Shown here piece by piece: positions 40,991-53,105 of a DNA stretch of 64,000 bases (within the stretch, counting starts at the first letter, position 1; the number at the start of each line of letters is the position of its first letter). Source of the stretch: the human T2T-CHM13v2.0 reference genome, Homo sapiens; assembly GCF_009914755.1 (NCBI RefSeq), contig NC_060925.1, one strand, 5' to 3'. Under the pieces are notes generated by a model, which was not told the DNA's origin, did not search any database, and worked only from the letters and a program-made list of their open reading frames with translations. The position numbers were made by a program, and so were the translations under genes.

Positions 40991-42824
40991 CTCTCTTGCA
41001 CAAGAAGCAGCTATGTTAGGGCCACCATTCTCCGGCACAAGCCACAGAGTGTCATGAACCTGAAAATATAATTAAATTACATCCCATGGAGGTGTGTAGT
41101 GTGAGAGAACTGTGCTATACAGCTAGGTTTTAGCAAATAAGAGGTAAATTGAAATAATGTGTACATTTTAGATTATTTTATTAAACCCAAAGTCTCTTCC
41201 CATGTTTCTTTCCTTTCTCCCTTTAAATTAAGTTTAAAATAGCAGTAATATGAACAATCTAGGAAGCCATGTGTTGAAAATGGCAACTCCACCCTCCCAA
41301 ACCCAAACCATTCATTTCTGACCTATTAAGTAAAAGAGGAAAACAATTATATCTTATTCAAGCCACTGTATTTTATGGTTTATTCATTATGGCAGCGGAG
41401 CTTGATAATGCTCCTGTAGAATCAGAAGTAAAATCCAGGCCCATTCATTCCCAGTGCAGCACTTCTTGTCGCCTTTTGTTTCTCCTTATTCATGTGTGTC
41501 TTTAGTTTCAAACACTGCCACTAATCATGGGCCTATTGTTCCAGGTTCCTTCTCATTCAGTACTCTAATATCCTCTGGTATCTGATTCATTATTCTTCTC
41601 TTGTGTTCTTCAAAAGTTCTGTAAGAGGCTGAGATTGGAGAGACATAGCAAGCCTGGTTGGAGGGTGAAAAGGCATAGTTCAGGCTGATAATTATGAAGG
41701 TGAGGGACTTAACAGCAGTGCATGAGGCAGACTTATATAACACTTTAAGTCTTTGTGTATAAAAAATCTGGGGTTAAAAAAATGTGTATCATTATGTACG
41801 CAAATTCCTGAAAAGTGGTAGATAATTCTAACAGAAAATGAAATGTATCATGATAAACAAAAAGCAAGTCATGTTCCAGTAGAATCCCAAAAAAATTCAG
41901 GCTTGTTCATTACACATACAACATAAATATGAAGAGTAACTAAATAATTTATTGAAAAAGTTTATATCTAACGTGTGCATTCATAAAACAATAAGTTACT
42001 GGCAATACCAAATCAAGCAATAAATAGCATTTGCCCATTCTAATAGCTGTATTTTTCTCCATCCCCTTCACTAAATGGCATTCAAAGTCTTTGTCATGTT
42101 CCAGATTTAGCAGTTTTATTAATCTTGGCAGCAATGTGGTCATTGTTCTGATGAAATCCTCTCAGGAAAGAATGCAGCCAATGTCTGTGACCCCTTAGCC
42201 TTTTTCATGCTGGCTGATAACGTTTGTCTTAACTTCAATTGTTTCTATGGCTCTGAGCCTCTTTGAAACAGTTAACTGACACAATTTTAGGCATTATTTT
42301 TAAAAATTTAAAACATTACTTAACAAAGTAACCCTTAGAAAACACATGTGTTCATAGAGTACAATCAAAGACAATTTGAATAGTACAATATCCCAGGGCA
42401 ACTGGGAATGCAAATGATGGCTGATAAACCATCTTTCATTGTGCTGTGAGGCAGAGTTTCATATCAGGTTTTACTTGAATAGTTGGAAGGACTTTGAACC
42501 CACAGTATGACTAACAATATAACCCTCCTCCTGCAAAGATAAATAAATAATGAATTTCTCTCAGGTATTTCGAAGTGTATAACTACACCATTTTTTTTCT
42601 ATATATTAATAAAGGTGCTACTTTTTCACTTTATTCTTGAAACAGAAAATGATTGTGAATAAACTGGGTTGTGAATTTATCTACCATAGCTAGATATTTG
42701 TTAAATTTGTTATTTGTTCTAGGGATGGCTGAGCAAAAGGAATTAAAAGAAGATGCCTAGGAGGGGTAGAAATAACATTAACAAGCAGAGAACAGACAAT
42801 AAAAGTCAATAGCTCCCTGGAAGA

Positions 42825-43000
42825 TGAGCCTTTGGCTACCTATATTGCATTTGAAAAAGTTATTTTATATCTCTGACCCTGTTTTCTCATCTAAGATATG
42901 GGGATTCTAGTATCTACCTCTCCATGGATTTTTGAGAATATAATGAGAAAAAGGTAGTAACATATACCATGGTTCTAGTAACCTAGTGGGCACCCAATTA
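42825..43000 (+). mobile_element. MIR SINE
   Basis: tctctgaccctgttttctcatctaagatatggggattctagtatctacctc. Confidence 0.7.
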
Positions 43001-43501
43001 TGGTTTCCTCTTACTCCCTCTACACACTCTTATCTTAGCCTTTATAAGTTAAGACAAGCTTGGAAGGAAAATATTTAGAGAGTGAGACATTCCCTGGGTA
43101 CAAATTCATCACCAGCCTCAACTATATGAAACTTCAGAGGGTGGAATAGAACTCATATCTTTTGCCAAGCTTCTTCCAGGTAATATTTCTCTATAAAGGA
43201 TAATATTATACCTAAGTTTATATATATTAGTTTTCTCTTGCTGTATATCAAATAACCACAAATTTAGTGGTTTAAAATAACACAGATTTGTTACCTTTTA
43301 GTTTCTGTGGGTCAGAGGTCAAAGTCTAGCTTAAATGGGTTTTCTGCTCAGGGTCTTACCAGGTTAAAATCAAGGTTCCAGCTCAGGCTGTATTCTCATC
43401 TGTAGCTCATGGTTCTCTTGCAGGTTGTTGGAATAATTCCATTTCCTGCAGTTGTAGCACTAGGACCCCTATTTCTTGTTGGCTATTCAGTGGGGGTCAC
43501 T

Positions 43502-46500
43502 GCTTTTAGGTTCTTGGTTATGAAGTCTTTCCTAAGCCAGTATCTAGAAGGGTTTCTCCAATGTTATATTCCAAAATTTTTATGTCTTCAGGTCTTAGAT
43601 TAAGTCTTAGATCCATCTTCAGTTGATTTTTGTTTAATATGATATATGAAGATACAGTTTCATTCTTCTACATATGGCTTGACTATTATCCCAGAACCAT
43701 TTGTTGAATAGGGTGTCTTTTCCCCACTTTATGTTTTGGTATGCTTTGCCAAAGATCAGTTGGCTGTACGTATTTGGCTTTACTTCTTGGTTCTCTATTC
43801 TGTTCCATTGGTCTATGTGCTTAATTTTTTAAACCAGTACCATGATGTTTTGGTGACTATGGCATTATAGTGTGGTTTGAAGTCAGGAGGCGTGGTGCCT
43901 CCAGATTTGTTCTTTTTGCTTAGTCTTGCTTTAGCTATGTGGGCCCTTTCTTGGTTCCATGAGAATTTTAGGATTTTTTTTCTAGTTCTGTGAAGAATTA
44001 TGGTGGTATTTTGATGGGAATTGCATGAATTTGTAGATTGCTTTAGGAAGTGTATTAGTCCATTTTCATGTTGCTGGTAAAGGCATACCTGAGACTGGGA
44101 TAAATTATAAAGAAAAAGAGGTTTAATGGACTCACAGTTCCACATGGCTGGGGAGGCCTCACAATCATGGTGCAGGGAAAAGGCACATCTTACATTGGCA
44201 GCCAGCAAAGAGACAATGAGAGCCAAGCAAAAGGGGTTTACCCTTATAAAATCATCAGATTTCATGAGAGATATTTACTACCATGAGAACAGTATGGGTA
44301 AAACCACCCCCATGATTCAATTACCTCCCATCAGTTCCTTCCACCACACACGCGAATTATGGGAGCTACAATTCAAGATGAGATTTCAGTGGGGACACAG
44401 CCAGACCATATCATTCCACCCCTGACATCACATTTCAATACCAATCTCAGATCCTCACATTTCAATACCAATCGTGCCTTCTAAACAGTGCCCCAAAGTC
44501 TTAACTCATTTCAGCATTAGCTCAAAAGTCCACAGTTCAAAGTCTCATCTGAGACAAGCCAAGTTCCTTCCACCTATGAGCCTGTAAAATCAAAAGCAAG
44601 TTAGTTACTTCCCAGATACAATGGGGGCACAGGCATTGAATGTTATACCCATTCCAAATGGGGGAAATTGGCCAAAACAGAGGGGCTAAAGGCCCCATGC
44701 AAGCCTGAAAACCACTGGGGCAGTCAAATCTTAAAGCTCCAAAATTATCTCCTTTGACTCCATGCCTCACATCCAGGTCACACTGATCCAAGAGTTGGAT
44801 TCCCATAGTCTTGAACAGCTCCACCCCTGTGGCTTTGCAGGGTACAGCCTCGCTCCCAGCTGCTTTCATTTGCTGGCATTGAGTGTCTGTGGCTTTTCCA
44901 GGTGCACAGTGCAGCCTCTTCAGGGATCTACCATTCTGGGGTCTGGAAAATGGTGGCTTCTTCTCACTTCTCCACTAGGCAGTGCCCCAGTGGGGAGTCT
45001 GTGTAGGGAATTCAACCCCCCATTTCCCTTCTGCACTGACCTAGCAGAGGTTTTCTATGAGGGCCTTGTACCTGCAGCAAGTTTCTGCCTGGACATCTAG
45101 GCATATACATACATGGTTTGAAATCTACACACATGGTTTAAAATAATTGAGGTTCTAAACCCCCTCAATTATTGACTTCTCTGTACCTGCAGGCTCTACA
45201 CTATGTGGAAGCTGCCCTCTGAAGTACCCTCTGAAGCCCCAATCTGAGCTTTACCTTGGCCCCTTTTAGCTATGGCTAGAGCAGCTGGGACACAGGGCAC
45301 TAAGTCCCTAGGCTGCACAGAGCAGGGATGTCCTGGGCCCAGTGAATTAAACTATTTTTTCCTCCTATGCCTTCAGGCCTGTGATGGGAAGGGCTACTGC
45401 AAAGGTCTCTGACATGTCCTAGAGACATTTTCCTCATCGTCTTGGTGATTAACATTTGACTCCTTGTTACTTATGCAAATTTCTGCAGGAATGCTTTTAA
45501 CAGCACCCAAGTCACATCTTGAATGCTTTGCTGCTTAGAAATTTCTTCTGCCAGGTACCCTGAATCACTTCCCCTAAGATCAAAGTTACACAAATCTCTA
45601 GGGCAGTGGCAAAATGCTGCTAGTCTCTGCTAAAACATAGCAAGAGCTACCTTTACTCCAGTTCCCAACAAGCTCCTCATCTCCATCTGAGACCACTTTA
45701 GCCTGGATTTCATTGTCCATATCACTATCAGCATTTTGGTTAAAACCATTCAACAAGTCTCTAGGAAGTTCTAAACTTTCCCATATTTTCCTGTTTTCTT
45801 CTGAGCCCTCCAAACTATTCTAACCTCTGCCTGTTACCCAGTTCTAAAGTCACTCCCATATTTTTGGGTATCTTTATAGCAGTGCCCCACTCTACCAGTA
45901 CCAATTTACTGTATTAGCCTATTTCCACACTGCTGACAAAGACATACCTGAGACTGGGTAATATATAAAGGAAAGAGGTTTAATGGACTCACAGTTCCAC
46001 ATGGCTAAAGAAGCCTAACAATCATGGTAGAAGATGAAGAAAAAGCAAAGGAATAATGAGAGCCAAGCAAAAGGGGTTTCCCCTTACAAAACCATTAGAT
46101 CTCATGACACTTATTCACCACCATGAGAACAGTATGGGGGAATTTGCACCCTTGATTCAGTTATTTCCCACTGGGTCCCTCCCACAACACATGGGAATTA
46201 TGGAAGCTACAATTCAAGATGAGATTTGGGTGGGAACACATTCAAACCATATCAGGTGGTATGCTAATTTTCATAATATTGATTCTACCCATCAATGAGC
46301 ATGGGATGTGTTTCCATTCATTTGTGTCATCTATGATTTCTTTCAGCAGTGTTTTGTAGTTTTCCTCCTAGAGGTCTTTCATTCCTATGGTTTTTTTTTT
46401 TTCCAGCTATTGTAAAAACGTTTGAGTTATTGATTTGATTCTCATCTTGTCATTGTGGATGTGTGACTGTGCTATTGATTTGTGTACATTAATTTTGTAT

Positions 46501-47287
46501 CCAGAAACTTTGCTGAATTCATTTATCAGTTCTGGGAGCTTTTAAATGAGTCTTTAGGGTTTTCTAGGTACATGATCATATCATCAACAAACAGTGACAG
46601 TTTGACTTCTTCTTTACTGATTTGGATGTCCTTTATTTCCTTCTCTTGTCTGAGTGCTCTGGCTGGAACTTCCAGTACTAGGTTGAATAGAAGTGGTGAA
46701 AGTGAGCATCCTTATCTGTTCCAGTTCTCAGGGGGAATTCTTTCATCTTTTCCCCATTCAGCGTAATGTTGATTGTGGATTTGTCATAAATGGCTTTTAT
46801 TACATTGAGGTATGTCCCTTCTATGCACATTTTGCTGAGGGTTTTAATCATAAAGAGATGTTGGATTCTGTCAAGTGTTTTTTCTGCATCTATTGAGATG
46901 ATCATGTGATTTTCCTTTTTAATTCTGTTTATGTGGTGTATAACATTTATTGAGTTACGGATGGTAAACCATCCCTGCATCCCTGGAATGAAACCCACTT
47001 GATCATGGTGGGTTATCTTTTTGATATGCCATTTGATTCGGTTAGCTAGTATTTTGTTGAGGATTTTTACATCTATGTTCATCAGGGATAGTGGTTTATA
47101 GTTTTCTTTTTTTGTTATGTCCTTTTCTGGTTTTGGTATTAGGGTGCTATTGGCTTCATAGAATTATATAGGGAGGATTCCATCTCTTTCTCTATCTTGT
47201 GAATAGAATTGGTACCAATTCTTCTTTGAATGTCTGACAGAATTCAACTGTGAATCCATCTGGTCCTGGACTTTTTTTGTTAGCATT
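43502..47287 (-). mobile_element. L1PB-like ORF2 fragment split by THE1 (43502-44050 and 46255-47287)
   Basis: ORF 46678-47082(-) [16 protein letters not shown]...[15 protein letters not shown]...IISIDAEK is L1 RT. ORF 43813-44265 ends in [13 protein letters not shown]...[10 protein letters not shown]. Confidence 0.9.
44051..46254 (-). mobile_element. Full-structure THE1 MaLR (LTR 44051-44413, internal 44414-45909, LTR 45910-46254)
   Basis: Two direct LTRs tgtattag...ccatatca, the PPT complement ttccacccctg, and THE1-int sequence. Degenerate 5-bp TSD GGAAG/GGTGG where the L1 consensus has GGCAG. Confidence 0.95.
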
Positions 47288-47673
47288 TCCCCTTACTTCT
47301 TCAAAGCATGTAGTTGTATATAAAACAATCTAATCAAGAGAATAACTCCCCCATTATATTCTCAGGTCCTGCCCACATTCAAGAGGAGGGGTTTATACAG
47401 GGAATCTGTACCGGAAGGTAGGAGTCTGGGGACCATCTCATAATTCTGTCTATTTTACTCTAGAAACTCATTTTGAACCAAAATAATCTGCTTTTCCATG
47501 TCAAAAAAAAAGTGATATTTTTTAAGTCAACAAATCAGGTGTTGCCATATTCTTCTATGTGTATTATCTTTCACAATCTGATTCAAAGAATCTTAGACAA
47601 CAATTTCTAATTATTTGTTATTCTGAAAAACAATCACTAGCCAGATCATGTAGTTATGTGAAAAATTACTTTA

Positions 47674-48085
<412 letters not shown>

Positions 48086-48584
48086 TCACATGATGAAAAT
48101 AATATACACCTGATACAAAAGAAATACAGAAAGGTAAAAAGAAGGAAAAACATATTCATAATGTTCAACCTGCAAATAAACATTTTGTTATATTTATTTC
48201 CAGGTTTCGTTTTTTCTTCCTGTATTTAAAAGATTATCCAGATCACAATTTTACTTTATCGTTAAAAGCACAGCTCTAAAGAAGCTCCTAGAACCAATAA
48301 ATGAATTCAGCAAAGTTTCTGGATACAAAGTTTCCTGGCTATTTGACCTTTTTCCAGTTACTTAACCTAAGTTTTAGGTTTTTTACTTAAGAAATATATA
48401 TATATACACACATACATAATACACACATCCATATATAGACACATAGAAATGCAAAGTAAATAAGATTCTTTCTAGAATCAGATAAGAATATTTGTACAAA
48501 ACATTTAGTAAAATGTGTGGGCTATAATAAGCAACATATAAATGTATTTTTACTTAAGTAGTATTCCTATAGATACATACACAC

Positions 48585-50600
48585 ATTTCTTATTGTTACA
48601 ATAACAAATTACCACAAACGTATCTTCTTTAACAGTACAAGTTTACTCTTTATCATTTCTGGTGGTCAGAAGTCCACAAGTAGTCACAGTAAGCTAAAGT
48701 CAAAGTGTTGTCAGGACTGGTTCCTCGTGGAGGTTCTGAGGAGAGAATCTGTTTCCTTGCTTTTTTCAGTTTCTACGTGCTGTCCTTATTTTTTGGCTTG
48801 TGGCAATTTTCTCTGTCTTCAAAATGTACTTCTTCAAATTTCTCTTTACTCCCATCATAATTGCTTCCTTTTGCATTTTACTGCAAGCAGCAAACAGAAA
48901 TCAAGCCATACCTTTAAAACTTTGCTCAGAAAGTTCCTTAGCTAAATATCCAAGTTACTCTCTTAGCAAGTTCCTAGAAAACAAGTTCACTGCTTCCAAA
49001 ATATAATGGTAGGATAGTCATAGTAGAAGAATTATGGACAATTCCATTCAAAAATCAAGAAAAAGAAAAAAAGAGTTGGTTCTCTCAAGCAATTTTAAAA
49101 TCCAGCAAGGCCAACTCCATTATGTTTTAAGGCCTGGAATAATCTTCTGTGACTTTAGGCTCATCCCTCTATGCCAGCGGTTCCACCATCAGAGTCATTT
49201 TTCCTTTATGTTACAGGATAGCATGTGTTTGCAACTAAATGGTTTTATCAGCCTGCTTCCTGCCTATAGAATTTTGGAAGTCCAACAGCTTTATTTCATT
49301 TCATCTCCTCTGTCCTTTTAGAGCAAAATTAACCATGTTTCTTCTGATCTAACATTCTCAAGTATCAGTGAGTGATTCTTTTGTGTATGTCACAGGAATT
49401 CACTCCATTAGACAAGTGGGTCCTCCACAGGTTTTTCTGGATTATTCTTCCTCTAATTTTGGCTTTTCCAGAGATAGCTGAGAGGATCCATGAGTCAGAC
49501 AACTAAGCTCCTCAAAGAGTCCTCTGTGTGACTGAATACTGACTGTGAGCTTTTGTTACTTCTAAGAAATTAGCAAAAGGTTGTCCAGCTAAATTCTTGG
49601 CTTTTCCTCAGAGCATGCTTTTCTGACAGTGAATCTCCTCATTATAGCATCTTTTAAAGTCTAGATAAACTGAGAATGTCCAAAATCATCAATTTCTGAT
49701 TCCTCTTTGCTTAATAGTTGTTTCCTCAATTTATCTCTTCCTCTCACATTTTACCATAAGTAGCAAAAAAGAAACTAAGCCTTGGCTTCAACACTTTGCT
49801 TGGAAATCTCAGCTATATATCCAAGTCCATCCCTTACAAGTGTAGGACACAATGAAGGTAAGCTTTCTGCATATATAAAAAAAAGATTATCTTTATTTCT
49901 GTTTCCAATAGTATGTTGTTTTGTAAAATTTAAAGATTCTTTTGATGGCAAGATGCAATACAGGAATACTCAGATAAAAGGCATAACTTTTTGTTCTTTA
50001 TGGCTTGAAATGACAGAAGGCTGCAGGCAGAGCCACATGGGGAGTTGCAACTGGAGACAGGGTAATAGGAAGCTGGAGCTTTAGGGGAAAGTTTCTGTAT
50101 CTCAAATGGAGTGAAGTGTGCTAGATTTCAAGGTCTCCTTGTTGATTGGCTAATTTGAATTATTTATCCCTAGTTGGCTGGTACCTGGCTCTGGGGTGAT
50201 TAAAGTTGATGCATAATGGCCCATAATATGAGAGCTTGATAAGGGATGTGGTTACAGTGTGGCCTTAGGCAGCTGCTCAAGAAGGGGAACTAACCAGCCT
50301 CTAGCCAGGGCATTGTTCCACAGTGGATACATATAAAAGTATCACTTTATACTCCACAAATATATGTGATTATTGTTTGTAAATTAAAAATAAAACTTAA
50401 ACTCTGGATAAACACAGAAAAGAAAGCAGAAAAACTATGTTACATACGTTCCTCGTGTCTTTCTGAGCCCTTGCCAGTGGAATTTAACATCCATATTTCT
50501 ACAAAAAGTCTATTTGAGGCAATCTAGGTTTTTTCTAACTTACTTCTCAAAATTCCTCTAGCCTCTACTCATTACTTAATTTCAAAGCCACTTCCACACA
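48585..50600 (-). mobile_element. MLT1 LTR fragment plus MLT1-internal sequence, interrupted at about 49920-50440
   Basis: aacaaattaccacaaac...ggtggtcagaagtcc (LTR). gcttccaaaatataatggtagga, ttcaacactttgcttggaaatctc and atttcaaagccacttccacac (MaLR internal). Confidence 0.65.
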
Positions 50601-51179
50601 CAAGTGTGTTCTACAACTGGCTTTTCCCACTTAATATACCTTAGACATCTCACCATAGCAAGTAACATAGGTCTGGATCACTATTTTTTATATTCCATTA
50701 TGTGGCTGTGTCTTTACTTATTTATGGACACTTAAGTATTTCTTACATTTTCACTATTTCAAGTAGTGCTACAACTGACATTTGGAAATTTGTTAATTAT
50801 TTTCTTAAAACCCTCCATAATTTTGATTGGTTGGGTTGTTAACTCATACTGTCCATAAATATATTTTATCTATGTCTTTCTAAATGTTCTTTGATAGGGT
50901 TTATCCCCAAATAGTGTATATTTGTTAGATTTCTTTTTAAATACTTCAGAATTCTGTTGTTCTTTGAAAATAATATCTTAATTTCTGTTTGGTTTCTAGT
51001 AGTTTCATACCAGTATAGAGGAACAGTTGTTTCTACATGTTAATCTTATAGCCAGCAACCTTGAGAACTCTCCTTTTAGTTCTAATAGTTTGTTGAATTT
51101 CACAGGTTTCTATGCAAAACATTATAGTATGTGAAAACAGTGACTACTAAATCTCTTCCTTCTATAGAATACACTGCTC

Positions 51180-51768
51180 AGTGTGGCCATCCCTCAGTTG
51201 CTATGAATGTCACTGCTAATGGCTCATACAGGCAACCTCCTCCATAGAATGGCTCTTCAGTGATTAGAGCTGCTGCATAAGGAAGTGCCTGGGAATTATG
51301 CCCTCTCACTCAAGGATGGCGCATATCTCATGACTGATGATATGAGCCTCACTTACCTAAAGACAAAATAAACTTTGGGCAATTGATACTCCAGAAATCT
51401 TCTTAAGATCATCCTGAGGTTGCATTTCACATAAAATTGTGTTTCTCAGCCCCCTTTTTTCCACTATTGTCCCCTAAAGAAACTTCATAGACAGTTTTTT
51501 TCCCCTAATCATCCACTGCCATGAAATTTTAATGTCAAGAGAGACCATCTATGTATTTATTTGTGTATGGTGGTGTTTTGGAGGGCTACACACCATTATA
51601 ATATCTTTCACTTCCCAACAATCAATTTTCACTCCCTTGGGGGTGAGATTGCCCCACTGAAAGTATATGATCTGAATTATATCGTTGCTTAATTTATTTC
51701 CTTTCCTTATCCTGCTTACCTCCCTCCCTCATAGGTTTCTTCTGAGAGCACTCTTAATAAATCACTTT
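51180..51768 (+). mobile_element. LTR16-like ERVL LTR interrupted by a hAT MITE
   Basis: ctgctaatggctcatacaggc...cctgggaattatgccc; distal tcctgcttacctccctccctcataggtttcttctgagagcactcttaataaatcactt. Confidence 0.55.
51438..51670. mobile_element. hAT-Charlie MITE (Charlie4-like)
   Basis: Starts gtgtttctcagcc and ends caattttcactcccttgggggtgagattgccccactgaaagtatatg. Confidence 0.55.
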
Positions 51769-52100
51769 TTCCTTTTAATTATTTGTTTCAGAGCATTGTT
51801 CTGAAGAATGTTAACATAATTTTATCAGGTGAAAAATATCCTAATTGGAATTCTATTTTAATTACAATAAACCTACAATATAAGTTTAGACAAACTGACA
51901 TTTTAACAATATTCAGTCTTCTCATCCAGAAATATAGTGCATTGCTTCATTTACTCAAGCATTCTTATATGTCCCTAAAATATCACATGCATTTCTTATT
52001 AAAATTATTCCTGTTTCACATTGGTTGTTAATGTGAAAGTATTTTTTATTATTGTTTTACTTTCTGATTATTTATCTTTATAAATAATTTCAAGAGTATA

Positions 52101-52257
52101 TTTTTTATTTTTAATTTAATTTTATTTTAAGTTCCAGGGTATATGTGCAGGACGTGCAGATTTGTTACATAAACATGCCCTTGCTGCACCTATCAATTCA
52201 TCACCTAGGTATTAAGCCCTCCATATATTAGCTATTTATCCTGGTGCTCTCCCTCCC
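52101..52257 (-). mobile_element. Very short 5'-truncated L1PA 3' end
   Basis: T-rich tail, then ttaagttccagggtatatgtgcaggacgtgcag...ctctccctccc. TSD TCAAGAGTA on both sides. Confidence 0.9.
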
Positions 52258-52482
52258 TCAAGAGTACGATTAAGAGTAAAAACATTGTCTTTCAAATAAT
52301 GCCAAGAAAATTAGAATTGTTAACATCTTAAGAATAAGTAATTCAAAATTAACAAAAAGTGAATGGAAATAAAATCGAGATCAAAACACAAGCAGGCACC
52401 TAACGATGAGTAAAAAAATGGGAGTGTATTAGAAAATACATTATGAGGAATAAAAATAAATAAATAAACTGAGATCATAGTA

Positions 52483-52904
52483 CAGATGCTTCCCAACTTA
52501 ACGATTGTTTAACTTATGATTTTCTGAGTTTATGATGGTACAAAACCTAGATGCATTCAGTAGCAACTATACTTTGAATTTTGAATGGTGATTTTTTTTC
52601 CCCCCAGGCTAGCAATATACAATATAATACTCTCTGGCACTGCTGGGCAGTAGCAGTGAGCCACAGCCCCCCGTCAGCCACAGGATCATGAGGATAAACA
52701 CAGAGATTCTATAGTGGACTGTGTTGCCAGATAATTTCACTCAATTGCGGCTAATGTAAGTATTCTAAGCACATTCAACATAAGCTAGACTAAGCTATGA
52801 TGTTCGGTAGTTTAGGTGTATTAAATGCATCTTTGATTTATGTTATTTCCAACTTACAATGGGTTTATCTGGATGTAATACCATTTTAAGTCAAGGAGCA
52901 TCTA
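52483..52904. mobile_element. MER47B-like TcMar-Tigger MITE
   Basis: TIRs cagatgcttcccaactta / taagtcaaggagcatcta, TA on both flanks, about 420 bp. Confidence 0.85.
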
Positions 52905-53105
52905 TATTTCACAAACTAAGCAGATGTGTAAGCTATATAAAGCTGTCTGAGAAGAAAACAATGCATAAGATAGCAGATTATGTTAAAAAAAAAAAGGACA
53001 AGGAAGAGTCTGTGAATAATTGTCTTTCTTTATTCAGTGCTAATTGGGCCCTTGTAATAATACTGCATTGTTGGAAGCCAATGTTTCTACCAATAATAAT
53101 TAATA

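Larger units (their letters stand above)
38595..41405 (+). mobile_element. Old MLT1J-like LTR split into 38595-38725 and about 40991-41405
   Basis: Left part ends ctacatttcaaaacttct and right part resumes ctctcttgca. Right end ttattcaagccactgtattttatggtt is MLT1-like. Confidence 0.5.
43225..47458 (-). mobile_element. MLT1D-like LTR split into 43225-43501 and about 47288-47458
   Basis: tattagttttctcttgctgta...aaccacaaatttagtggtttaaaataacac. Distal part caggtcctgcccacattcaagaggagggg...ggggaccatctcataattctgtcta. Confidence 0.75.

Noticed and set aside
46678-47082. Functional reverse transcriptase
   Set aside because: Fragment of a truncated, frameshifted and THE1-interrupted L1.
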